Part shown: in pieces, positions 1-14,320 of the stretch
Numbering within the stretch: the first letter of the stretch is position 1
Layout: every line of letters starts with the position of its first letter
Assembly: GCF_000150275.1 (NCBI RefSeq)
Contig: NW_002060960.1
Coordinates: 634,469-698,468, forward strand
Length of the DNA: 64,000 nucleotides
Direction of reading: 5' to 3'
From: Trichoplax adhaerens
Lineage: Eukaryota; Animalia; Placozoa
The notes under the pieces: generated by a model
Told to the model about the DNA's origin: nothing
Databases searched by the model: none
What the model saw: only the letters and a program-made list of their open reading frames with translations
Position numbers and translations under genes: made by a program

Positions 1-3000
1 ATCAAGTCATTATTATAGGAGTAAAAGAATCTTACTGCACTAAAAACAGCGGTTTATAGTTCCTGAAACGTTCATTAAACCTCAAATCTATAAGTAATAT
101 CATAAATTTAGAATTAAAGATGATCACTTACTATTAAGGTACAGTAGGTAGTAATATAGCGCCGCCAAAGATACTTGTTGCAAAATATTTTATGATTAGT
201 GAAATCGAACAGTCACGGGCATAATTTCTAATTGATGCGCAAGTAGTTACGAATAGGTATAATTATATTTTATAAATTTATATATTAAGCGTGAAATCAT
301 TAACATTATTATAAATTTTACTCTAACGATATTAATATATCAGTAAAAACTTTTGCTCTAGGTAAAGCGGGATCGCAACCTATAACTTTTTTCCTGCGCG
401 AAATTGATTAATTATTACTACAAATCTCGAATTAGAAAAAGTCTAAATTCTATTTATTTAGAAATAGAATCTTGCTACCGTTAAATCGTATGACATTTAA
501 TGATAGCTAGTCACTAATGAAATAGTGAGAAAGCATTGCTACGCGTCGTATATAATTATATATATACATAATTTTTGAATTTTGGAGGTCAAATCTTTAT
601 TAAGTTATAATAGTAAGAAAATCTTGCTACAGATGTAGTCTGTAGCAATTTATTACGTCTGTTACATCACTTAAGTGTGCAATTGATCATATACTACTAA
701 CGATATAAATTTCGAATAAATGGTAACTTGGCATTAATAAAGTAGTACCGTAAATTCTTGCCACAGGCGGACCGTGGGTACTGAGATAACATATAAGACA
801 ACACATTATACTGATAAAACTTTAAAATAGGATTATTGGTATTTCAAATATGATATTTAAGTCTTAGGTTCTCTAAAGATGAGCAAGAATTGACAGATCA
901 TAGCTGATATAATATCCTCTAGAAATCTATTGTAATTGCCCAGATATGAAAATTTGATTTCTGCTTCAGATACTATCAAACATATAGAGTCATATACAAG
1001 CTTTGCTGATAGTGTTTTAAACATAACATTTCGCTACGATATGCTGCGATATTGACGACACCACAAAGTGTATTTAAAATATGGATTTTAGTAATCTATA
1101 GATTTCTTATACGTCACTCTAGTCGAAGTTATTCACCCAAGATAACGATTACTTATATTTTTATTTAAGTTATAAATCAATTATAAAAATATTGCTTTTA
1201 CCTATAAAGATTAATAGAATTGCCACCAACTGATGGATATTTTACATTTTGCCTTATTTTTATTCCATTTAGAATTCCATGGTACCTAATATCCCAATTT
1301 AGTAGCATAGCATAATTTATGTACCCTTGTACATTCATGTAACCGCCAATTCAAAGGTTTGGGTATGAAATTTCACAACTACAGCCACTATTCACATATA
1401 TTTTCTAATAACGTCACTACTAAATCATTGCAATACACGCTATTAGTAGTATACAAGCATAATGTATGCACTGATAGTTGAAGTTGTACAAAATATATGT
1501 TGCAGTCATTTCTAAACATGGATAATAAAAAGTCCTCGATTTTGGAGTAGTAATTGAGATTATGTTACGAAAATGTTATAACAATTTAATCTATTGCTTA
1601 TTACAATTAATATAAAATAACGGTAGGTATTCTAGTGATTATTTAATAGTAGAAAACTAATGGTACGTTGGCTACAATGCATATTTGTAACACATTCTTG
1701 AAGTTTAAAATTTAATACTAAAACTTTAATTAGCAGATGCGAAGTTAGTAATCAACTAAAATTGGACGAAAACAACGACAGCGTCCTGTTTAAGCCAATT
1801 AAGTATTTCTAATAACTCTCTCTTCGTCTAAAGACAAGCTAGTCTTCCATTATTTATTAAATAAGTGTGTCATTGTCGATAAATCAGATCAAGTATTTAT
1901 TTGCATACTTAAAACATCAGTAAGGACCTATCATTTCCGTTCATTTCTTCAATTTTATCAACTATTAAAAATCTGCAAAAATCACTTGTTTAATAAGAGA
2001 TAGGTTATGTATGTACGAGTATGTGGTTTAAAGTGTATGGTCTCATTCTTACACTGTCTACCAGCATATGTAAATCTTGTATGCAATCTTATGCATACTT
2101 ATCGTTTAACTGCAAGCTACGAGTAGATGCAGACAATATTGTCAAGTTTTCAATTAATTTTCGAATTTTTCAAAAGTTTGACGTAGTAGTTCAAAACATG
2201 TTAGTACTGCCTAGAATGATAAATTATCTTCTTTTCGCGTTTATGACTAACCCTACTAGCTTGCAATAACTATAGGAAATAGCATTTATCCTATACACGT
2301 TTCGATGCTATTACATGTCCTAGATCAATATTTTATCCATCAATTCTGAGAAATTCGAATATATCGTTACAGTACTCGATTAGTAGATATCTCTAGAATT
2401 AATCATCCTGTATGCTCATTTAGGAAAACGATCTTGAGCTGTATTGAAGTTAACGTATGGAAATTGATGAGTTTATTTTAAATTAATAGAATCATTGAGT
2501 GAGAAGTAAGATCGCCTTAGAGATGAAGAACACTACTACTCAGTATATATCCAAAGTAGAAATGTGTGAAAATACTTTGAAGTAATGAAGATTAGAATTC
2601 AATTTCAATAAAGTATAACTTATCCCACGAATGACGACTGGCCATCCTAACCGACTGGAGCAATGCTTCCGTAGTCTTTATTACTATTTCAATTATGAAC
2701 GAGGGCTGAAAATGGCTTAGTAGTGCTTATTTTATACGTAATGTAATCGTTGTTACATGAAGAATCCTAATCAAATTTCCGTTGTATTGGATTGTTGAAT
2801 TAATTTCATAGATTATTTAAGGGTTTTGGAGTAACCTACATACTAGTTTTAGGCGACAGTGATCATCTGTAGGTACAATATAGTGATGTTAAAAGATAAT
2901 CAAAATGATAATTTAGCAGGTGATATTGTGATGATTGGTAGATGAAATTGAATAGGGTTGTTTTGAATCTTTTATCATGTATTTAAATTAGGGAGAAAGA

Positions 3001-6000
3001 TTGCAAAGCAAGAAGATATCAGGGATGAATTATTTCTTTCTTATTTCAAACGTATTATTATTTTCTAATTCAATGCAGGAATGCTTTAGCCATGAATAAT
3101 ATAAAAGAATGGAATGAATTGACAATAAATAAAGTACATTCCACAAAAATAGTATGACTGTTCAATAATATTATGTCTGGATAATAGACATTGGATCTTT
3201 CAAATAGAACATAAGTTGAAGACCAATGTCAACATAACAAAGCTATGATTCACACAATTGATTAATTTCCATGCATACCAATGCTAATTTTATCAGTTCT
3301 ACCTTAATTAAATTGATGCCAATTTGATCAGTGCTGCCTTAATTAAATGGATCTGGAATACTGGCATTAATGAATGATAAGAATGATCTGAAAGCATTGA
3401 TGGTCAAAGTTATCCGTAATTATTCTCCTCTTCACTTGTCCATGCACCACGATGGAGCTCTAACTCATACAGTTCTGATAAAAGGAGAGTTTGTTAAGAT
3501 AAACGTTGGTAAACCAATTGATTAGTTTCAATGAGGCATCAACAATTCTACAGGTATTTGTGATGATTTCTTTCCTGTAAAAGATGTCGAATTCTAGTAG
3601 ACGAATAATGATGGAATCAGTGATGAATATACAGTCTAAACCGCTATTGCGTTATGGATTTAACTCCTGTACCTAATATGAGTAAGGGCACCATCTGCTG
3701 AGTGAGAATGGAAAAGAGCGAACATGACTAAAAGAGTTTCCTTTCTAGTGTACAGTCTACTCCTTAAACTGTTGATCAACATAAGTAATTGGTAATGTAA
3801 TCATTTATATTTATCTTCTCCATTAGTAAGCATTGACTTTATGTTGAACAACAGTCTTCTGTTTTTCCTGACCTATTTTCTAGCACATAGTTAATCAATC
3901 GCCTAATCGTATGTTCCATTGAGTCTAAAGTAACTAGAGCTCTTTTACTTCGTTATCATCGAAAGGTGCTATAAGGGTAATTATTTAATCATTCATGACG
4001 TATAGTATTTAATGCAAAATTTAAAGAAGGGTATATCATTAATTTTCCCTAATATTTATTACTAATCTACCATATAATGTACAATGGTATGGTTCTTTGT
4101 CAAGAATTTCATGTAATTTCTGATAAAAGTTAAGGTATGCGTAAGTTTATAGCTGAGTTTAGGATAGTGGCTTAAATGGACAGAACGTAGTGATTAAAGT
4201 GATATCGAACTTATCGCTTACACCATCTGCTTTATTGATGGCCGCGATATTATAGTTGTGGACTGCTTCAAAATGAATCATATCGGTCTATCAACAAAAT
4301 ACTGTAGGTTGATTTGGATACTCTTTCCATCTATTCCTGCTAGTCAGAATCAGTATTTACTGGCTTCTAAAACGGTTGAGGACGATTAAGTAATTATGAT
4401 ATTGATCTGAATTATTGTAATCTGAATCTATGCGTATGTTGTCTATTTTATTTAGACGGATGGATTCAGTTATCATAAGCTGATCGCTATTTCAATGATA
4501 GAGTAGTTGAAGATAGAGAGTCGTTTAGTTCTCAATCTGGGCTTGTACCCCAGGGTTAATAATAGTTCATTTTTTGGGTGCGAAGATGATATCTTCTTGT
4601 CTTTGTGACTGTATCTTGATGAATTTCTGTAAAATTGAAGGGCGGATTTTCAATTTTGAATTGGATTGCAGTTATCCCTCACGATTGTAATATCTACGTT
4701 AATGAAAGAGCAGTTTGAGAATAATTTTACGATCGTCCGTCTGGACTTGTATCCTAACATGGAAAATAGTCCATGGTAGAAATAATATATTCTATAATTA
4801 TTGCGTCTACTGCAGACGTGATCATTTTTGAGCCTAAAAAAATTGAATTGACGTCGGATTAAATCATCTCGCTATTGAGATAACTTGAAAGGTAACGATT
4901 GAATTGAAGTAAAAATGAATCAACAGACTCCATCATCCCTACTGAGTGCATCCAGTAGGAGGGCATCGCTGAATAGATAATAATGAATTTAAGTGGATGT
5001 GGGGCTCTATTCTAGTTCAAGAATAGCATTCTTTCTACCGTAGTTAAGTTGGCAAGGAATTAATATTACGTTAGTGCATCGATAGGATGATCGATCGCTG
5101 AGAAATGCCGGACAATATGGTCGAAAGCACGTGATGGTACAATTAAATAAGGAAAAGGCGTTAAGAAAGCTGTTAGCAATAGTCACACTGTTTTTGTCAT
5201 CATCATTAAGATTGTACTTGACTTCCTGGCCTATCAGCTTCTAACCCGATAGAAAGGAAGAAAGGCGTAGTAAAAGCGTTTGTAAAATATTAAAATGGAT
5301 GGACAATAGCATAACCCGTTGCGACACCAAGCAATGCCCTATTGAAAAAATAGTAACTACGTTTCAACAGTCTGCTAGAGGCAGTGTGGACTATTGTTGA
5401 TGTTGATGTTATCCAATATTTAAAAAGGATGTATCCCTACGTAGCCAAAGGCAACCATCGACGTCACGGGGACATAGTAATAGCAGGTGCAATGGTAATT
5501 ATTTCAATCAAACGATATAATAAGGGATTTTTGCTGGCACGGATTATTTATTCTTAGCGTTTGTGACTCTCGCGGGCCGCGTCGCTTGATACAACGGAAA
5601 TACAAATTTTAATTCCTTTCGGATACGAATACTGCATCGTCAACTACTCCATTCTCTCTTTTCTTCTTATCCTATCGTTCAAGGTAACTATTCCCAGTTA
5701 GGAATGAGTGATTGAATGTAATCATCGTTGTTTATCGTACAGTCTAGTTTGTATCTGTATTATTTTTATAATGTTGATGACTAGTTAAGCGAGCTTGAGT
5801 CGCTTGCTAATGTTTACGTTTTTTCCCTCGTCTTAAATGCTTCAATTTGCCGTCATGGGTGTTAATCGATAATTAAGATAGATCGATATTAATTTATATG
5901 AAACGATATTGCTTGTAGGCAATTCGATCCAATAGGTATTTTAGCTTATTGCTCTACTTATCTTCTCTGTTGGATCGAATTAAAGACTTGACTAATGCAG

Positions 6001-8439
6001 TGAAAATTGCAATATTTATATATTTTCACTTTAAGTTAGACCTATCAAAGGAAACTGTTCTACGGTGGGTAAGAGGACAATATTATCCACCGTATTTGAA
6101 AGTTTGTTAACCTAGGGATAGATAATTTCAAACGATAGTAGCGCAAAGGGAACTACTTATGTTGATAGTAGTGCTAACGACAGCTTTACAAGTTTAGAAT
6201 TATTCTATCGTACAATAGAGTGAAGAAGAGGCAATATTTTCTTTCCTCCTTGGAATAAGTTATCCTTTTAAGAAGCTTTTTCCCGACGCAGTTGTAGCGT
6301 AAACACTACATTACCTATCGATTTTGTTACATCTTTACCGACACTATTTTATGCGCGCTTGTACACAATTTGGGCATAAATCGCCTTGGATAGGCTTTTC
6401 ATTCTTGAATAATACAACAAGAACTTTATCCTCTCTCCTCAATCAATCTAGAACAAAGATAAATTGTTTCATTTCATATATTTTCTAATGAAGAAATTGA
6501 CACTATTTATCTGGATAGGATAGCAAATTTTTTTTGTTGTCAAGCTCATCTTTTACCGTAGAAAATAAGCATTCTATATTCTTGTCAACGTGGATAAAAT
6601 GATTGTCAAGATGTTGATGGCTTCTAGAAGGATGTAATATTGTTCATCTTTTCAATCCCTATTTAACCAATGTGATCGTTGAGCACGTGAAATTTTGCTA
6701 CTCTACTACCTAACTACAATTGAAAGACAACCTATCGCGTTAATTAGTGCATCGACATCGTTGATACCTATCCTCCGGTGGTAATTTAGTGTTGAGCATA
6801 AATTAGCCGCAATAAAATGGGTATAAAATCTAATTAAAGTTTATAGCATCGTAAAAATGGAACTGATCTATTAAGAAATTGCAAGATCTGTCTTTTTCAT
6901 TCTTGACAACGGACCATATGTTTAAATCATTCCAATCAAGCCTAAATTCGATACAGTATACGAAAGTAATTCCATCTCAAGTTCGATTGTACCGGCAATG
7001 TAATTGAGACAATAATGGACATCCATTTTCACTAGTAAAATACAGAAAGGATCATGTTGAAGTAATTTATATATGGTCATAACGATTATTCTTGGTGATT
7101 GAATGTTTTTGCCCAAAATGCCAGTTTTATTAATCATTTTCCACCATTTTTGATGTTATTATTGTGATGTTTACGAAAACCCAAGAGTTTCACTAATAAG
7201 CTATAGTACATCCTCTTGATTGCTCTATCTTTTATATTTATTCAGTAAATAAACGGGCTATGCATACAAAGTTGATCATTGACTGTTAATCAACGTATTC
7301 TGCCATGGTATTAGCCCCCTTGATATATAGAGTTACTTGATTTTTAGCTTAGTGATTGCTATTTCATCCGATGATTCATGTAGATAACACGTATCGCCGT
7401 GAAAAAAAAAAAAATTTAGCTTCCCGTAGAATATCCGTTGTGTGGGTTATTTTCCGTCATTGTAAATTTATTTAAGCATCACTTGAGGAAGGAAATCCAT
7501 AGGAATAACCTATAAGTAATTTATATGAAACTATTAAACGAATCATTGGCTATTTGTCCAAAATGATGCTATTTTTGATCGCATCATGGTGAAGAGTTAC
7601 GCTAAGCTCGAGAACAATTCGATCTAACGGCTCTCTAACCTAATTTAAACTTTGTAACTATCAACACGATTAAGCGCTTTTCTAGCCGGTTTACGTGGTT
7701 GCTAACCCCAAGTACAGAGTAGCAGTAAATGGCCTACAATACTATAGGACACTGTTGTCCAAGTTGCTTCTGTCTCATCGACACTACTGCTCTTGTAGTA
7801 TTTATTTTGCCCAATAATGTCGCCAACGATTTATTTTTAGAGTTGGCCCAATATGCCTCAATTTGATGAATTTCGCCCTAACTCTATTCTTGTCCACAAT
7901 AAAAAACAACATCACAATAGCCATGTAACGTTCTAGTTTTTCAACTTTTCAATAGCATATTACCTTGTTTTCATTACAATCATCGAATGGAGTAATAACA
8001 TTGTGAAGTAAAAGCGCGCCAATGTTGACCATGGGGTGCTATTATGGCTGTTGTAACTGTTGTTTTAAGTCTACAAATGGCAAATTTTGTCTACGTTGAT
8101 AATTGCCATTCAGAGTAATTGTCTTGCAAATTGCATGGAAGCCATAGAGAGCCTGAAGGGTGATTTTCTTCAAGACGCTTTGACGTCATGGAAGGGAGGG
8201 AAAAACACATGGTTTAAATTACTATGCTTAGTCATAGATTAATTCAACTTGAATAGCCGCTAAAAGGATTACTACTTTAATTTCAATAAGAATCGTTAGC
8301 ACAAGAATAGCACACTTGGACATTGAAAGGAAAGACAAGGCCAACGCCTAATCAAGAACGATAGCAATACTGTATTCTATTGTAAGACGCGAAAAATTAC
8401 AATTCGGTACTTATTCAACTCCACATGGTAAACATCACG

Positions 8440-8870
8440 ATGAGACTAATGAGTCAAGATCGATTGGATCCTATATTTAATGGCAATCGAAATGCGTTTC
8501 TGTACTTATTGACGCAAATATTATAAACACAATCAGGCTAATAAGTCAAGATCGATAGCATACTATATTGATTAATGGTAGTAAAAATGCATTTCTGTAC
8601 TTGTTGACTCGATAGCATAGACAACTTGAAGAGATTAAGGAGTCAAAATCGATAGGATACTATTTTTAATTGCAATAGAATTGCATTACTATACCGATTG
8701 AATTCGATAATCGAACAGCTCAACCCGAAGAGACTAAGAAGTCAAAACCTATATCATTCAATTCGATATCATGATCTACACGAATGAGACTAATTTGGTA
8801 AAGATCGATAGGTACTCTATTCAATTGGAATACGCGTAGAATTGCATTTCTGTACTTATTGACTGTGAAG
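8440..8870. repeat. Degenerate tandem repeat, ~95-bp unit, ~5 copies, about 1 kb upstream of SLC6 copy A
   Basis: A recurring gagactaa..agtcaagatcgat...tactat...aat...gcatttctgtactt.ttgac unit starts near 8442, 8535, 8630, 8729 (partial) and 8786. Confidence 0.75.
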
Positions 8871-9879
8871 TCGATATGATGAATAACACGATGAAAATTA
8901 TTAAACTCGTGGAATGATCAAATTTATTTATTCAATGTCAAGGGAAAACAGAGTACGTTCTTCATTGATTTGTTATTTTGAGTCAAGATCAAATTGAAAT
9001 TGTTGACCTTATCGATCGAACAGATCATAATAACATTGTCAATTATTCAAGATTAGAGGAGGGAATTTGTATTTATTCTCCTCACTATTTTAAGAGTAGT
9101 AAGGAGATTGCTTTGCTATTTGATTTTTCATGCATAACTAAATAGAATCCACTATGATAATATAGAAAATCATTTCAGACACTTATGTACAGTATCATGT
9201 TATCCTTTCACGGAGAAAGAATGACTAATTTAAATAGTGGACATCCGGTCATAGTATGATATTACCCCACTATTCTACAATGCCATCTGAAATTTCCGTC
9301 CATGACTACCTGGACATAATATCGTTAGGTTTAGTAAAAGGATTTTATCCTTAGTCGTAGAATTGATCAAAGAGGAACCAATACAGCTGTCTTTTAATAG
9401 CATATATACGAAAATTCACATCAACGACAACTTGAACTTAATGTTCTTCCTTGTGAAAAAAAGAATGAGATCGTTTGTTATACTGCCAATTAAAGAATAG
9501 AGTTTCAATTTGAAAAGGAGCATCAAGATGGCGTAGACTTGTATTTATTCTGACTATTGCAATACCATCTGCTAATTCTATTGCTATCTTTTCAAATGGC
9601 ACTGGTAGTATATAATTACATTTTCATACTTTAGCTACAATGATTCGATCTATCAAGACCATATTCCTACCTTGATCCATAGAACTAGCTAGAATAAGTG
9701 AAATGTGTGCAATTTTTATACAAACTAATCGGCGATTCGAATGACTAGTTCACACTGAGCATTGTCCTACTTTCAATATTTTTACAAGATCAGCCAATAT
9801 CGTTTTTCAATCAATTGTAATTATAGTATAGTCATATCGTGTCGGTTTTTGTTGATTAGATTTGAAAAGATAATTAAAC

Positions 9880-12800
9880 ATGTCTGAAAAGAAGCCCTAT
9901 GAAGAAGGTGGTGAAGAAGAGCCTGAACGAGGCCATTGGGGACATAAGATGGATTTTCTCCTGTCTTGTATCGGCTATGCTGTAGGTCTTGGCAACGTCT
10001 GGAGATTTCCGTACTTGTGTGCCGCAAGTGGAGGCGGTAAGCAAAAAATCCTTTTGATAAATTGAGTTTAAAGTTTGATTCTGCTTTCGTTCAAGATCAA
10101 TGATACATTGCTGGGATCGAGAGTACAGAGAGAACTGTAAAGTTATACTTTTACGAATATGAAAAGTGACACTCAATGCAAATGTAATATTGATCATCTT
10201 CTGTTCTACCCTAGGTGCTTTCTTAATTCCTTACTGCATCATGTTGATCCTTGTTGGTATACCAATTTTCTTTATGGAATTGACTATTGGTCAGTATTCA
10301 CAAGAAGGACCACTCAAAGTTTGGGAAAATATCTTTCCATTGCTAAAAGGTAAATTATATCTTGACCTCAATGGCTAAAAATGTCACCCTAAATTAGATT
10401 GCATCAGTAGCTCATGACGGGCAAATATCACTGTGCGCTAGAAATAATGCAATTCTACATTTTAAACATATGAAAAAAATGAGAATACCTTAAGCTTGTA
10501 CTGATCCATTACAATAAACATTTTTATGGATATTTAGGAGTTGGTTATGCTATGTTAGTCTGCTCTTTTGGTGTTGGAATTTACTATAATATCATCATTG
10601 CATGGTGCTATTACTTTTTATTTGCTTCCATGCAAAGTAAATTACCTTGGGCAAGCTGTGGTAATCCGTGGAACACTGCTCTCTGCAGGACTAGCGTTAC
10701 CCGTTGCCCAACAGCGAATGTTACTAACACGACAGGAGTTGTTACTACTGTTGCTCCAACCACAATGGCGAACAATATGACGAATTTGACTGCTTGCATT
10801 CCTAAAGGATTTAAAGTCACTTCTCCTAGTGAAGAATATTGGAAGTAAGTTAGCTCTACCTTGAAATAACTAACATAGAAGAGGTATCGCGCTGATTTGG
10901 ATTGCGTCCAACACCATACATCACTACTTTCACACTGATCTTTTCGATAATTTTAGATAGCCAATACGTAATTTAATTGAATAACTTTTTATTGGCTGTA
11001 GCTTCCTATTGATCATTTAACTTTAATCTATGTAGTAAACAAGTATTAGATATTAGCAAAGGAATTGGTGAGGCAGGCCATATTCGTTGGCATTTAGCTC
11101 TCTGCTTATTACTTGCTTGGATTGTTATCTACTTTTGCATCTTTAAAGGAATCAAATCCTCTGGCAAGGTGAATAAAATAGAATGATTGAAATTTATTGA
11201 TGTCAATCAGTTTATTCAATTATAATAATGGTAACATCCGTTGATGATCGCTTTTCTAGGTCGTTTACTTCTCTGCTACCTTCCCTTATGTTGTCTTGGT
11301 TATTCTGTTGATCCGTGGTGTTACCCTGAAAGGGCATCTAGAAGGAATTAATTTCTATCTCACGCCTCGATGGGAGAAACTTTCAGATGCAAATGTGTGG
11401 GCTTCCGCTACTACTCAAATTTTCTTCTCACTTAGTGTTGGATTCGGAGGTTTAATTACTATGGCCAGCTATAACAAGTTCTACAATAATTGCTTTAGGT
11501 ACAGTATCCAAGATCTTCGATATCAACTAACTCTATCTCAATTGTTAACACATTGTTGGCTTTTCAGCAGCAAAATATATCCAGTATAAATAGACTTTAA
11601 CTTACTGTTTATATCTGTTAATTCTAAAATATAGGGATTCTCTAACAGTATCTCTCATCAACTGTGGTACAAGTTTCTTTGCTGGTTTTGTAATCTTTTC
11701 TGTAGTTGGTTTCATGGCCAATTCCTCAGGCAGACAAGTATCTGAGGTTGCTGATCAAGGTAATAAAGATTTAGAAATTTTCATTACACGCGTCAAATGA
11801 ATCTTTGTCATAGTCTGCTTATTACAATAAGGAATGGATCAATTATTTTGTAACATTTATTTCCTAGGATGGATTTAATTAGACTGTATAAATGATTGAC
11901 GATGTTACTGTAATATATCGCTTAATCCGATTAAAAAATTCATTTTTTGCAGGTGTTAGCTTAGCCTTTATCGTTTATCCAGCTGCTGTAGCTGAAATGC
12001 CTGTATCGCAGTTATGGTCGATCATATTTTTCTTCATGTTGATCACCTTGGGTATGGATAGTCAGGTAAAATTTCTGCTTGCAAACTATTCATTCTTGAC
12101 TAATTAATTTATAACTAATGCTAAGAGAGAGATAGTAACGCTATACTATACAGATAAAGAAAAATAATCTATATAGCTCAATCTGCTACTAACATTGATC
12201 GATCTTGTCTATTGGATCCTTAGTTTGCATTTATGGAAACAATCATTACCGCTGCTGTTGATGAATACCCCAAAGTTTTAAGAGCTAAAAAATGGTTCAT
12301 CTCCATGATTGGTTGTATCACTCTCTACTTCTTGGGATTGCCATGCATTACCCAAGCTGGTGCTTACGTCTTACAATTGATGGATGATCATGTCGCTGGT
12401 ATCTCCCTGTTGATCTTGTGCATCTTTGAAGTTATTGGCTGCGGTTGGGGCTACGGTGCGTCGATTAATTTGCAAACAATCTAATTGGGATAACCTATAA
12501 TTGTTTTAAAAGCCATAGATTTGATCTGAGTTATTGATCTAATATTTCTGTGTTATACAGGCGCCTTCCAATTGATGAAAGATGTAGAAAAAATGATTGG
12601 CTATAAACCATTCTTGTATTACTGGTGGATAGGTTGCTGGAAGTTCTTGTCTCTTGCCACTTTACTAGTAAGTACTTCAAATTTGGCCAAAACTTTTACT
12701 TTTTTCATAGCAATATATGAAGCTGCTCTCCATGCATGCCTTCGATGATGTATCATTGCCAATACGAGCATAGCATTGATTAACATTTTTTCTTGTTGTT

Positions 12801-13181
12801 CTAGTTTGTTACAATCTTTAAAATTGTTGGTTATAAGAAATCTTCATTTGGTGGTAAGCCCATGCCCGATTGGGCCGACGGTGTTGGCTGGTTTATGGCC
12901 TGCTGTTCAATGGTTTTCATCCCAGGAGTTGCACTCTATAAAATGTTTACTACTGATGGCTCTTGGAGTGAGGTTGGTTGATAAAATTAGTGATCATGCT
13001 ACTTCTTTCTGGTAATCCATGATAGCACTAGATCACTCGCTAATACTAATTTCTTGTCACATTATAGCGTTTTCGAATCTTGACAACACCTCGTGATGAC
13101 AAATATGGTGATTTGCAAATTAGCGCTGTCGAACATGAGCTAAGAAAAGAAAACGGCCATAATATGGAACAAACTGTTTAA
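9880..13181 (+). CDS. SLC6 / NSS Na+/Cl- dependent transporter, amino-acid type (proline/glycine transporter-like), copy A; 11 coding exons, 609 aa
   Basis: Exons, all with GT-AG introns: 9880-10036, 10215-10349, 10538-10844, 11036-11168, 11260-11498, 11635-11759, 11953-12065, 12224-12455, 12561-12667, 12805-12972, 13068-13181. They sum to 1830 nt in frame and end in TAA. SLC6 motifs: [31 protein letters not shown] (TM1), GAFLIPY...MELTIGQY (TM2), YYNIIIAW (TM3), [14 protein letters not shown] (EL2), [18 protein letters not shown] (TM5), [11 protein letters not shown]...ASYN (TM6), [10 protein letters not shown] (TM7), LGMDSQFAFMET (TM8), LMDDH (TM10). Confidence 0.96.
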
Positions 13182-14320
13182 ATATGTAAGCAAGAGATGA
13201 TTAAAAAGGGCGCATCACCGAATCCATTTCAAACTATTCCTTTTCTTTAAGTAATAATTCGATGAAATATCCCGATTAGTGTGTTTTTGTTTTTTTCTTA
13301 TTCAAGTAAATTGTATGTACTCGTATGCTTAACAACGCATGGGCTATGGATTAATAGGCTTGAGCAGAACTAATATCTATTTCATTAATTTCACTTGGTA
13401 CGTAATTTAAATTCAACTTTTATTTATTCCTCTATTAATATTAAATTAGTCAATATACGTATGACTAAGAGATGATATCTTAAGCGTAGAGCTAGCTCCA
13501 TCGTAAGTCATCAAATTTATTATAGTAGCATGGAATGTTGGTTAAGTTTCATTTTTGATAATTAATAAGCCCAATATTAATCCTTGTTAACGATAGAAGT
13601 TAACCACTTATTTTAACCTAAAATCGATGTATTTGGTATTGATGATAACAAGTGGCTTTTCTACATCATCTCATTGCATCAGTTTACTTCCTTTTAATGT
13701 TCAATGGATGAAGTAATATGGTATCTCGGTAATCGATACTGCCCTATCAGTCTATGTCGACCACTTTGTTCATGATATTGGCGAGTAGAATATTAGCTTG
13801 ATGCTAGGTAACCTTTCTAATATCCGACTGCGAAAGCATAATATATTTCTGGTAAATATCGTTGTTAATAGTCGCGAAGAGTTTACTTTTTACAATCGAT
13901 CAGTGTATTCTGGTAGAATGTTCATCTACTTGCTATTGATCATCAGCTGTGCCAGTCATGATGTTTTCTAAATATGCTAAGCTGCAGCTTTTCGCTTCAG
14001 CTTTAAAATAAATGTTGATGGGCTTCCTTGAAGATCGATTGTGTATTTTTTGATGAGTTACAACTTTAATAGCATACTACAATTTTTTCGTCATTTTATT
14101 GAAAAATCTGCTGTAGTCATAGATTTATTCGACAGTGCAATTTATCAACGGTTTTTATCTTTAGTTTAGAAAACTATGGTAAGATTAGCAATCTTATTAC
14201 TGCAAGATGTTAGCTTCAATTATATGCCAAATCTGGAAGTAGTTTGATATTACCATTAGCAAATTGGAAAAGATATCAATTTTCATAGCATGATCATGAG
14301 ATACTGTATCGACGTAGTTG

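Noticed and set aside
2480-3660. Coding-like composition with fragments resembling an ankyrin repeat (+ strand SPLHLS..., near 3424) or GPCR TM pieces (- strand)
   Set aside because: There are many stops, the frames are inconsistent and no multi-motif match exists, so a pseudogene call cannot be supported.
8440-8870. Repeat-spacer-like array considered as CRISPR
   Set aside because: The units are degenerate along their whole length, the context is eukaryotic, and no cas genes are present.
9821-13015. Short overlapping ORFs in the track (9821-10027, 9874-10197, 10159-10353, 10568-10780, 10611-10820, 12776-13015)
   Set aside because: These are antisense or off-frame shadows of SLC6 copy A exons. 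The true exon 10 frame begins at 12805 (FVTIFK...).
13167-13181. C-terminal EQTV of SLC6 copy A as a class I PDZ ligand
   Set aside because: The Thr is at position -1 rather than -2, so it does not fit the S/T-x-V consensus.
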